A DNA stretch of 63,999 bases, filler included, from Circinaria calcarea (taxonomy: Eukaryota): the NCBI GenBank assembly GCA_051942165.1. It is 13 parts of 13 records of this genome, joined end to end, with 100 filler letters (N's around TTAATTAATTAA, not from the genome) between each part and the next. Parts side by side here need not be neighbours in the genome. Positions count along the whole stretch, not along the records: positions 1 to 4,867 come from JAVECS010002147.1; positions 4,968 to 9,832 come from JAVECS010002148.1; positions 9,933 to 14,795 come from JAVECS010002149.1; 10 more parts are not named here. One strand, given 5' to 3'. The notes under the pieces are model-generated. The model saw only the letters and a program-made list of their open reading frames with translations, had not been told where the DNA came from and ran no database searches. This document shows, one piece after another, positions 1-11,047 of this stretch. Made by a program: the position numbers and the translations under genes. Numbering within the stretch: the stretch's first letter is position 1; each line of letters opens with the position of its first letter.

Positions 1-856
1 CCCCTTTCCTTTCCCGCCCCCCTTTCCACAACAACCCTCATCCCACCAGCCAACGATCCCTTCGCCCCATGCGGGAAAAACGACATTATTTCCCCTTCCC
101 CCCAAGCAAGTCCCATGCTTCTGTAATCCGATGAAACTCCCGGGTCTCCAGAAAAGGGGGAAAACCAGTGCAGTGCTCGAGTGGACTTAACAATCAAATT
201 CGCTTTCCCATTCGATATTGTCCTGTTGTTGTATTTCCAGCAGTTTGGAGGGGGGGTTTTTTTCTCTTCTTGCCAATCTATCTATGCTGTTGGGAATGGC
301 GAGGAGGACTCCCGAGGCTGGAATTGGGGGGGAAATTACAAAGGCGAGGGTGAAAGGGAGTTCGTCGAAGTTTGTCGCAAGTCTTAGATCTACTCTACCA
401 TAAGGGGTTGGAACAAAGAAACCCCTCGGTCGACACTGGTCTCTTTTCGAGAACGGAAAAGCTTATTCTACGGGAGGGACGAACGAGGCTGAAGCTAAGG
501 CTGAGGCTGAGGATATTGAATCCGAAGACCATATGTTTGGTTTTTTCCCCTTCTCCCGGGGAGTTTGGGTGTTAGGGGTTTTCGCAGTGAAAAGCAATGA
601 AAAAGGGGAAAGGGGGAAAAAGGCTTGAAGAGGTTTTGTGGAGTTGGGAACTGGGGACTGGGACTGGTGAGCTCAGAAGGGGAGGATGCATGTATGGGCA
701 TGGATAGAGAGTAACAAGACCTCGATTTAGTAGATTTTACAATTTTTTGCCGTGGTAAAATACCATGTCTAGCGCGGACAGCATGTCCCAAGTGAAAACC
801 TCCTTGAGATCATCCTCATGATTCAAAACTCCCCCCTCATCTCAGCCATCTGATCC

Positions 857-3618
857 CTAACCACGACCCAAACCCAACGCCAAATCATCAAGTAGAATCT
901 CCCAGCAAGCTTCTTTCCCCGTCCGGATCGCTTCCTGAAGTCCGGCGTGTATAGAGCCCAGAAGCTGGCTAAAGGTCATTGAAAGCTTCCTCAGCTGTGC
1001 GAGATGAGACCCCTCTTCCTGATACGCGTGCTGTTTCTTCAAACTGCCAACGACTTGTTCCGCATCTGTATCTTCGGATGAGAAGGCGTCTAGTGAATTT
1101 CGTCGCTGCGTGCGTAATACTAGACGCGTACTGCTCTTCCGTCGCGCAATCTCGGGTCGGGTGTCGGTTGGGATCTTGGCGGCATAAGACGCGGAAGTGT
1201 CGGCGAATAAGACCGTTAGGTCTAGCAGTGAGATGATGGCCTGATGAACGGAGGCTAACCTCTCGGAGAGGAGGCACTGATCTTGTAGGTGAAGAATATA
1301 CCTTTGATGTAGATCTATCATCTCGTCTAGATCTTCTGCCTTTTGCATCTGCTGACGCATATCTGCAGAAGACTGTGGTAGCACAATAGTGGTGAGGTAA
1401 GTCTGGAGAGTATTGACAAACCAGAGAAGGCGATGCTGTAAAGAAAGGATTAGGTGATAAATGGCTTTATCATCCTTCGCCCCAAGAGCGATCCACCTGA
1501 TTAGTGGTCTCCGATATAACAACTGCTGAGCACGTTCAACTTGTAAGAGAAGGGCAAATACGCGCTGGTAGGTGGCAAAAGATTCGGGTTTGAGAATGTT
1601 AGCCACGGCCCATGGAACTGTATAATTGATGAGAATGCTAGACAACGCTTTGACCGATCGATGGTTGCTCTGTTTCGAAGAACGATTTTCAGAAACCGAG
1701 CGAATTGCCAATCGACGTGTATCCACACAGTCAATTTTAGCAAGCTTCTCATGGAAAATACCGGTAAGGATGAACCGATCGTTCCATGTCCTTCTGCCTT
1801 CGTCGATTCGCCGGAAAATGGAGGATGCTATCTGACCGCGGATGGCGCCATCGGGAGAGAAGTAGACACTATCCAGTGCATTTAATGAACTCCACAGCCC
1901 GCAATGGCTGCCAAGAACTTCACGTAGGCGCAAAGAAGAGGAATGATGCCTGATAGTAATCCATTCATTTAGCGCCATGGAAAACAGATCAGTAAATGAA
2001 CAAAGACCTTGGGTCGTGGTCGAGCACACTGTTGAGTAATTCAGTGGACTTTCTGAGGCAGAAGTTTCTTGTTCGTAATCTGGGAGCTGCCCTAGTCGCT
2101 TCAGGAAGATGACACTCTTCCCGGTCTTGAAGATTTTCTTGGCTGCCAGATGGAGGAATCTAGGGGCATGGAGATTCCCTTCATGGTCGTATAACAGTAC
2201 ATACTGGTCAGACCACAGAGATGTCAAGGGAAGATCTTTGAGATTCTTCTTGACGAAGACTGTGTGATCATTACTGTGAAGTTTCCCTCTCTCCATCCAT
2301 GCTCTAATGGGTTTTAAATAAACGTTAAAACAAGGAAAGAATATCTCGGCAGCGAGTTGAGAGGTATCGACATCACCAATAGCTTCACGAAAGACGATGA
2401 CATTGAATAATTCCTCTAGTATGGCAAAGGGGTTACCATCCTCCTCCCGACATCTAACCACGACTGTTCCTGCAATATTTGAAAGCGGCAACATAGCATT
2501 CTGAAGTTCACTCAAGGTGCTGAGAAGACTGAGAAGAGTAACCGTTTCGCCTTTGCAAGGATTTATTATGCTCTCTTGGATCTTTGCTATGAGGTTTTCA
2601 ATGTCTCTCAGCCGCATTTCCAACATTGCCTGAAAAGTCTGTACCAGAGCCACTGTCTCTCGTCTTTGCACATACTCTCGAATTGTTTTGAGGTGGTCAC
2701 CCAAAGAGGCAAAACATTTGAGGCTGTTTTGGAGAGCATCCATAGAAGCATGTCTGATACCATATCTGGTCGAAGCGACCAAATATCCGCGAGTATCCGA
2801 ACTATAAACTTTGCTCGGTAGGCCAAGTAACATGAACAAAACTTCCCTGATTACTTGTGTCTCAGTAATGTACGTAGTACTACATTGGCTATCGACCTGT
2901 GTATTATTCTCTCCATGAGCTTCTTCGTCATTGTAGTCTTCTTTCCAGAACTGCGCTCTGGCAATCTCATCGAGTGGTGCGAACTCAATCGGTAAAGCAC
3001 CGACGCCTTCTAGACTGAGAGATTCACCTTCCTCTTGTGAGCTTACTGACCCTTTATCTTCTGACCCGCTATCAAGGTCAGGAGTGGTAACCTCATCCTC
3101 GGAGCTCTCATCAGCATAATCGATAGTGTCCCATATACCCTCACTGTTGTCCAATGGGTCCTCCGCCAAGATATCAGCCCAGGTAAGTTGAGCTGGGCTC
3201 GATGGACGTTCCACTTGATTCAACCTTTCAACCCTGGAATTTTGCACTGGATTATCCGAAAGTTCTAGTAAAAGCGAGAGTATTTCTGGTGCCTGCTTCA
3301 ACGCTTTCGTCTCTAGCTCCTGAAGGCGAGTTTGAAGGGCATGCGCGAGCTCATCACGGTTTAATATTCCAAATTTTTCCACGAGGCCTTCTAGGCGTGC
3401 GTTGACTTCAAATTGGTTCGTGCGGACCGATCTTGAATTTTTCAAGGTATTCAATGCGTGTTTTCGGAGAGACTGAAAGCTCGGAGAATCGATCTGCATA
3501 AATAGTCAATACGTGTCTTCTGCTGGTTTACGACCACCTACCTGACCTTTGGTGTGATTCCAGTTTCAGAGCTAATAAGCTGTTCAACATGCCGACTTAT
3601 GTTCTCAAGGTGAGCCAT
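857..3618 (-). CDS. GCP5: Gamma-tubulin complex component, Spc97/Spc98 family (GCP5-like); 2 exons
   Basis: 880-aa ORF 857..3499 with the N-terminal motif LTWADIL..DPL...GIW..IDY...SS and ITETQVIREVLFMLLG. An upstream exon 3547..3618 (MAHLENISRHVEQLISSETGITPK) splices in frame through GT-AG intron 3494..3546. Confidence 0.85.
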
Positions 3619-3922
3619 TGATGATGTGCCCGGAGGCTTATGCCTCCTTACAGTAGCTTGTCACATTGCACTTTGGTTATGTTTACCAATTTGAAGGTTG
3701 ACGTTGACATGCAGACGCGACGGAATAAATTGACCGGCGCACCGGCGTTAAGGCCCGAGCCGCGGTCCTGTGTAGGGCTGAAGGCGGATCAGCTTGATGC
3801 GCCCTCCCCTCAAACTCCAAACGGGTCAATAGCAATGTCCATGAATAATATCTCTTCTTCTTGATTATATTAGTACCGTTGAGTAAACCGATGAGGCAGC
3901 TCAAAGCACCAGGTTTCGCACG

Positions 3923-4867
3923 ATGGCATTTCCCAAACCCTTGCGAGCCCTAGCGTTTGTATCATTCCTTCTATTCATTTTCCTCCTCTTTCAGCCCTTC
4001 CGAACTCCGCCAAGGATAGAAGATAAGCCTGAGAGGACGTCGGATCCAGCAGATGGGCAGGATCCGAATCTTGAGCGTAAGTATTTACGATATCACCTAC
4101 TCAAATGGGAACTAACAACCTACAGTCACCGGAGAGCCCGATGGCCCATTATGGCGAGCAGATGATTATGCCGCGGATAACCCCAACTCGCCTAGAATCA
4201 ATGCTACACTCCTCTCACTGGTACGGAATAGCGAGGTTGGAGGAATGGTCCAAGCAATGAGGGATCTGGAAAGAACATGGAATCACAAATTCAATTACCC
4301 CTGGACCTTTTTCAACGATGAGCCGTTTGACGACAATTTCAAGAAACTCACACGAGCCGCAACCAAAGCAAAGTGCAATTACGGTATGAGAGAAGGAAAA
4401 TAGAAGGGCCATTTGCTTATTCGTTTCCCAGAACTCATCCCCAAAGACCACTGGGCCATACCAAACTGGATAAACAAAGACCTCTTTCAAGAGTCTGCTA
4501 CCATCCTTCAGGAACAAGACATTCAATATGCGGACCTTGAATCCTACCATCAAATGTGCCGTTGGAACAGCGGCATGTTCTACAAACACCCAGCCTTGGC
4601 TTATACCCGTTACTATTGGCGGGTGGAACCCAAGGTCCATTTCTTCTGCGACGTTGACTATGACGTATTCCGTTATATGGAGGATCACAACAAGACCTAC
4701 GGCTTTACCATTAACCTTTACGACGCGCCCCAATCCATTCCAACACTATGGCCGGAGACGTTGAAATTCATGGCGGCACACCCCGAGTATTTGCACAAGA
4801 ATAACGCGATGGATTGGTTAACAGATAGCGCGAGTAGACCAGAACATAATCGGAAGGCGAATGGGTA
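3923..4867 (+). CDS. Alpha-1,2-mannosyltransferase, GT15 (KRE2/KTR family, KTR5/KTR7-like); 3' end cut by contig end
   Basis: N-terminal signal anchor; spliced RINATLLSLVRN, WNHKFNYPWTFFNDEPF, YHQMCRWNSG and YYWRVEPKVHFFCDVDYD motifs; introns about 4077..4125 and 4384..4431. Confidence 0.92.
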
Positions 4868-4967
4868 NNNNNNNNNNNNNNNNNNNNNNNNNNNNNNNNN
4901 NNNNNNNNNNNTTAATTAATTAANNNNNNNNNNNNNNNNNNNNNNNNNNNNNNNNNNNNNNNNNNNN
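4868..4967. other. Artificial contig-joining linker (44 N + TTAATTAATTAA + 44 N), first of 12
   Basis: Identical 100-bp linkers also at 9833-9932, 14796-14895, 19755-19854, 24710-24809, 29665-29764, 34607-34706, 39545-39644, 44478-44577, 49410-49509, 54342-54441 and 59271-59370. TTAATTAATTAA gives stops in all six frames. Confidence 0.99.
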
Positions 4968-5092
4968 GGTGAGAAAGGTTGAGCAACTACTCATTGCAGT
5001 CAGAAAGGCTCCACTACTTCAGTGAGCTAAGTATGCTGCCACAGGCGGATGCTGGCGATTTCTAGCGGCATAATACCCTGGCGTTCGATTGT

Positions 5093-5121
5093 ATGATGAT
5101 GATGATGATGATGATGACGAT
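5093..5121 (+). repeat. (GAT)n microsatellite
   Basis: Run of about 8-9 GAT units seen directly. Confidence 0.85.
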
Positions 5122-5487
5122 GTGACATGACCGAGGCAACTGAGGGATCCGGTCTATTTGAGCTTTAGATAGATGATGCTTGTACCCGGAAGTGTCTTAT
5201 TCTACCAACAGCCTAGTTAGATGTTCGGTGACTTGAGAGCAACGAACTCTACTATTCATGCTTCCCAGAGATGTCTACTCTACAACAGTGAGCTTCCTCT
5301 AAGGCGTAAGGTATACCGCAATTTGATATTAAGGAATTTCCTTCATTTAGATAACCTATTGGAGTGTTAAGCTCCCATGACCTAATTCCTGCTCGCGTCC
5401 GTTCCGCGACCCGTTCGATTACGGGACGACTCAGATTTATCTACCATGTAACATAGAGATCCTGACGACACTTAAAAGTATCGCAAG

Positions 5488-8400
5488 ATGGCATACCTTG
5501 TGCCAATCCACCGGCCGAGCAGTATTCGTCATGCCCTGAAACTTAACTTCCTCGACCCAGACGAAGAATGTCTCGTTATAGCGTACAAAATCTAACGTTG
5601 ATCCATGCCTGTCATCTACATACTGATATGAAGCCAGGAAAGCCAACCGGTTAGAGATATATGCCCAGACCGTAGATGGCCTCACTTTGAGGCAAACGCG
5701 GACTATCTATGGCAAAATTACTATGCTTCAAAAGCTTCACCCTGCCTCCTCAAACACCGACCATTTATTTATTGGTACGGATCGGTACACATACTTCACC
5801 GTATCATGGGATCCTCTAGCGAAGCAACTCAAGACAGAACAAAGCTATGTGGACCAGGCGGATAAGACTGCGCGAGACTTGCAATCGTTAGAACGGTGTC
5901 TGATCGATCCAACTCGACGGTACCTGACACTCGAGCTCTACGAAGGTGTTATCACGGTCATTCCCATTGTACAAAAGAGCAAGAAGAAAGGTGGCCTAGA
6001 AATTGGAAGTCTGGCACAGCCAGTTCTAGTCAGGATATCCGAATTATTCATACGGTCTTCTGCATATCTATATCCACGGACATCCAATCCATTAAAGGAA
6101 AGGCCAACACTTGCAATACTGTACGAAGACAACCAGCAGAAAGTGAGCCTGAAATTAAGATGTCTCGATTATGCAGCGGGGTCGGGTGGCGAAGCTGGTA
6201 TGGCGGATTTGGACGAAGTGGGCAGTAATGATGACCTGGACTTGGGAGCTAGCCACTTAATACCTGTCCCTGCGCCTGCTTGTATGTATAGTCACTTAGT
6301 CTGTGGAAGAGAAGCTCATCCAACGCAGATGGAATTCTCGTTCTCGGGGAAACTTGTATCACATACCTGAATCAGGTCAACCGCCAGACACTTGTTGAGC
6401 CTCTGAAGGAAGCTACAATATTTTCGGCTTGGACACCAATCGATGCTCAAAGATGGTTACTATCTGACGATTATGGAAAACTCTACCTTTTGATGTTGCT
6501 TGTCGCCAATGACGATCAAATTACGGGCTGGAAGCTCGACGTGCTTGGAACTACCTCTAGAGCGTCAGTGATGGTCTACCTAGACCATGGCTATGTCTTC
6601 ATCGGTTCTCATCAAGGCGATTCTCAAGTGATTAGGATTCTGGAGAAGTCGGTAGAAGTCGTGCAGACTTTCTCGAACATTGCACCAATTTTAGATTTTA
6701 CTGTCATGGATCTGGGGAGTCGAGAAGGAGAGGGACAAACCAACGAATACTCCTCGGGACAGGCTCGAATTGTCACAGGTTCGGGCGCATTTCAGGATGG
6801 TAGCTTACGCAGTATACGAAGCGGTGTCGGAATGGAGGAGCTAGGAAGCTTGGGAGAAATGGAATACATCACCGATCTTTATGCGTTGCGAGCGAGTATG
6901 AGCGCCGTAAAGCCTGACGCGCTCCTTGCGTCCTTTGTTGATGAAACAAGGATATTCCAATTTAGTGCTGATGGAGAAGTTGAGGAAGTAGACGAATTCA
7001 AAGGCTTCAGCCTCTGGGAGCGTACTCTCCTAGCAGCCAATACAACCCACGACCAGCTCTTGCAAGTTACGAGCTCCACTGCGCGCATTACTGATCTAGA
7101 CAGCGGGATGAATGTTGGATCATGGTCACCATCTACTGGCCAGATCATAACTGCAGCGGCCACCAACAATCGTTTTCTTGCACTTTCTATTGGTGGTGCT
7201 GAACTTGTTGTACTAGATTTGACAGCAGAGCTGCGTGTAGTGGCGCAGAAGTCGTTTGAGGCTGAAAGACAGGTTGCTTGTGTGGATTTGCCCGAGATCA
7301 TGCCGGATATCTGCATTGTCGGTTTCTGGCAAGGGGCGGATATTTCCATTCTCAAAGTCGATACGCTCGAGAAGCTTCAAAGCACACGAGTGAGCGAGGA
7401 TGCCGTTGCAGTGCCTCGCTCAGTGCTGCTTACCCAGATAATACCCGATCAGTCACCTACGGTATTCGTAGCCATGGCTGACGGACAGGTCATTACTTAC
7501 TCCATGGACTTTACCAACTTTACTCTTTCAGCGAAGAACAGCATTGTGCTTGGGACGCAACAAGCAAACTTCAAGGCTTTGCCAAGAGGTGACGGATGCT
7601 TCAATGTCTTTGCGACTTGCGAGCATCCTAGTCTCATCTACGGATCTGAAGGTCGAATAGTCTATTCAGCCGTGACGGCAGAGACAGCATCGTGTACTTG
7701 CCCATTCGATTCGGAAGCATACCCGGGAGCAATAGCCATTGCGACTCCAGAGGACCTGAAAATTGCCATAATAGATACGGAGCGAACGACTCATGTACAA
7801 ACCCTCCCCATTCACGAGACAGTACGACGTGTCGCCTATTCGACGAAGCTGAAGGCCTTCGGTTTAGGCACAATCAAGAGAACACTAATAGGCGGAGTCG
7901 AAATCATACAAAGCCATTTCAAACTGGCAGATGAGGTTGTTTTCAAAGAGGTCGACACTTTCGAGCTGGATAATGATGAGCTAGTTGAAAGTGTAGTGCG
8001 AGCAAACCTGAATGAAGGAGGGCGGAAGGAAAAGGAGCGCTTTATCGTCGGTACTGCTTATCTCGACGATGAGATGCCGGAAAGCATACGGGGAAGAATC
8101 ATCGTATTTGAGGTCACAGAGGATCGCTTGCTCAAGGTAGTAACAACGTTGAAGGTCAAGGGTGCATGCCGAGCACTAGCAATACTAGATGGTAGGATTG
8201 TTGCAGCTCTCGTCAAGACGGTGTGTATCCTTTTGATTGCAAACATCACTGGGAAATAGAATTAACCCCTTGCTTAGGTTGTCGTGTATGATTTCGAGTA
8301 CGGTTCTCTTCATAAGATCGCCAGTTATCGAATCGCTACAGCGCCAATCGACGTCGCAATCGCCGGCAATTTTATTGCTGTGGCCGACCTCATGAAGAGT

Positions 8401-9065
8401 GTATCGATCCTCGAATTCAAGCGAGGGACTGCCGGCGAGCCAGATTCACTTGTCGAAGTGGCGCGACACTTTCAGATAGTTTGGGCAACAGCAGTTGCGT
8501 CAATTGGCGACGAGACGTTCTTGGAAAGCGATGCTGAAGGAAATCTCATAGTCTTACATCGGAACATCAACGGCGTGACTGCGGAAGATGGGCGGCGGCT
8601 GGAGGTCACCAGTGAGATTCTCTTGGGAGAGATGGTAAACAAGATACGTGGAATCAACGTGCCAACCTCTCAAAATTCTACCGTCACACCGAAAGCCTTT
8701 TTAGCTACGGTATATATCCCCGATTCCTCGTACAGACAACAGGCAGGCTGACATGTCCAATCTAGGTCGAGGGTTCCATATATCTCTTTGCACTTATCCA
8801 ACCGGAGAAACAAGACCTCCTGATGCGTCTCCAAAGCAGTATCGCTAGGTTCGTCCAAAGCCCTGGAGACATACCGTTCAATAAGTTCCGAGCATACAAG
8901 AATCAGGTTCGACAAGCGGAAGAGCCTTATCGGTTTGTGGATGGAGAGTTAATTGAGAAATTCCTGGAATGCTCTTCGTCTATACAGGAGGAGATAATCG
9001 AAGGCCTGGGTGTCGGGGTTGAGGATATCACGAGTATGGTAGAGTCACTCCGCCGATTGCATTAG
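5488..9065 (+). CDS. DDB1: DNA damage-binding protein 1 (CUL4 adaptor), complete, 5 exons
   Basis: Starts MAYLVPIHRPSSIRHALKLNF; contains FIGSHQGDSQ, NIAPILDF, IVTGSGAFQDGSLRSIRSGVG, VADLMKSVS and FVDGELIEKFL; ends VESLRRLH*. GT-AG introns 5583..5637, 6282..6328, 8221..8277 and 8710..8765 keep the frame. Confidence 0.96.
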
Positions 9066-9353
9066 ACGGGACAATGGGAGATTGAATGCATTGCGGAAGG
9101 TTTCAAGGGCATGGTTGGCGCAAGAGGAGGTCACCACAGGCAAATTCCCCATGCGGTTTTACAGAAACCCGCTTCAAGGCCTTCCATTTCTACCTAGAGA
9201 AAAAAAGAAAATAAGGGCTTCAGAAATTACGAATCAGTACAGGCAGTTTCGTCCCACCATTCCCCGCATCGTCATTGTCGCAAGGGTGGTTGAATCGCGT
9301 AATCCGAAGATGATTCCCTCCTCCCTCCATGATTTTGCCTCGCATAGCTCTGA

Positions 9354-9832
9354 ATGTCTGGCACAACTCAGCGTCTATTATACCTAATCCCGCATTTCTC
9401 AGCAGCTTCGGCGAGACTATCCTCCATCCAATCCCACCTCTCCCCCACTGCTCCTCACCGCAGGATGTCGTCCTTTGAAGTCCCCAAAACCATGAAAGGT
9501 GTGCTCATTGAGAAAACCGGCGGCACCGAAGTCCTGCAGTACAGAACCGATCTTCCCGTGCCGACGCCCAAGGAAGGAGAAGCCCTCGTCCGGAACGAGT
9601 ACATAGGCATCAATTACATTGACACGTAACTCTCCCTCCTCCTTGTTCCCCTCCCTTCCTCGCCCCTATAGAAAGGGCCCCCCATCCGTTACCATCGACT
9701 AACCCCAACTGCAATACCAACCAGCTACTTCCGCACCGGCCTCTACCCCTCCCCCAAGCCCGAAATCCTCGGCCGCGAAGCCGCCGGCACCATCGTCTCT
9801 GTTGGTTCCTCCTCTTCCTCCCCCTCTCCCCC
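9354..9832 (+). CDS. ZTA1: NADPH:quinone reductase / zeta-crystallin (MDR family); 3' end cut by contig end
   Basis: TMKGVLIEKTGGTEVLQY...GINYIDT|YFRTGLYP..PEILGREAAG after intron 9626..9724. Two possible starts, 9354 and 9465. Confidence 0.88.
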
Positions 9833-11047
9833 NNNNNNNNNNNNNNNNNNNNNNNNNNNNNNNNNNNNNNNNNNNNTTAATTAATTAANNNNNNNNNNNN
9901 NNNNNNNNNNNNNNNNNNNNNNNNNNNNNNNNGTCAGGATCAGATATATGGGGCTTCGATCCTCCCATGGCAGTACTGGGAGAGCAACCTTCCGGTCTAT
10001 ATTGGCTAGCTGCGGTTCTGGCTTATACCAGAGGCTAGCGCGTCCAACGGCTTTTATTGCAGACATAGGAGCATGTGTAGCATTTAGGAATGTGTGCTAC
10101 CCGTATTTCAAGTAGGCATCAATCAGATTGTCCGGGCAGCACAGAATGAGTACCTTGCCTGGATCGTGGATAGGTTGCCTGGCACCCCGTGTCTTCGGTC
10201 AGACCGCTTGATACTCCGAGGGGTCGACGGGGACACTTGTACCCAACTCTGTGCTCATAATAGATAGTTGGTTATCTATACCCCCTTTGGAATCAAAAGA
10301 ATTGCCAGTGTTCTCCGTAGAATAGCTTCTCAACCACACCAAACCAGATTTCCGTTACGTTGAGTAGATCCGAGTCCGGTGCACATTATGTATTGAACCC
10401 CGGAACTTTATGTCTCTAGCACCGCCTTGCAAGCGCTGAAATCGGATGTAGAGGTTATGCTACAGAGTTGGACTCGACTGTTATATCTTAAGGTCCCTGG
10501 AATAAGCTTAGCTCGAGTGTTTGGCTGGCTACAAGGGGATAATTGGAGTAATGCATGTGGTCAAGTTTTGGGGTTAGAGGAGGTGGGATTCGGTTCCTGC
10601 AGGTTGGTTAGGGGGTTTGTACTCGAAGGAAGGAAGGGAGCAGGATCTATTCTATGTAAACCCAAGAAAGGCGGTCATATATCATCCTGACCTTGCTTAT
10701 CTTTCTTACAGCTCCTTGTCTGAAAGGTACTCGAGTCGTTTCGTCATAAGATACCTGGGTCAAGTGTTTAGTTGTAAGAGAAGAGGCGCTGTGTGCCTTA
10801 CCTACGATGCCTTCAAGCAAGGCTGTGCGGGGTGCAGGGCTTCTCACTGCCACTTTTTCGAGAGCCTTGTTTGCCTCAAGGTATCCAAGACGTCTTCGGG
10901 ACTCTATCGTCGCTGAACCACCGGTTCTGTATTGATTTGCAAGCTTTCCGTAACCTCAATTCATCTGCTTCACCGTATCTAATATAGATCTTTGAACACC
11001 ATACTGTTCCAGTCAATTTAGAAAGGTCTGGACTCAATATCGCCGCG

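Noticed and set aside
1..790. Short overlapping ORFs at the window start
   Set aside because: Homopolymer-rich, low-quality-looking contig end with no recognisable motif.
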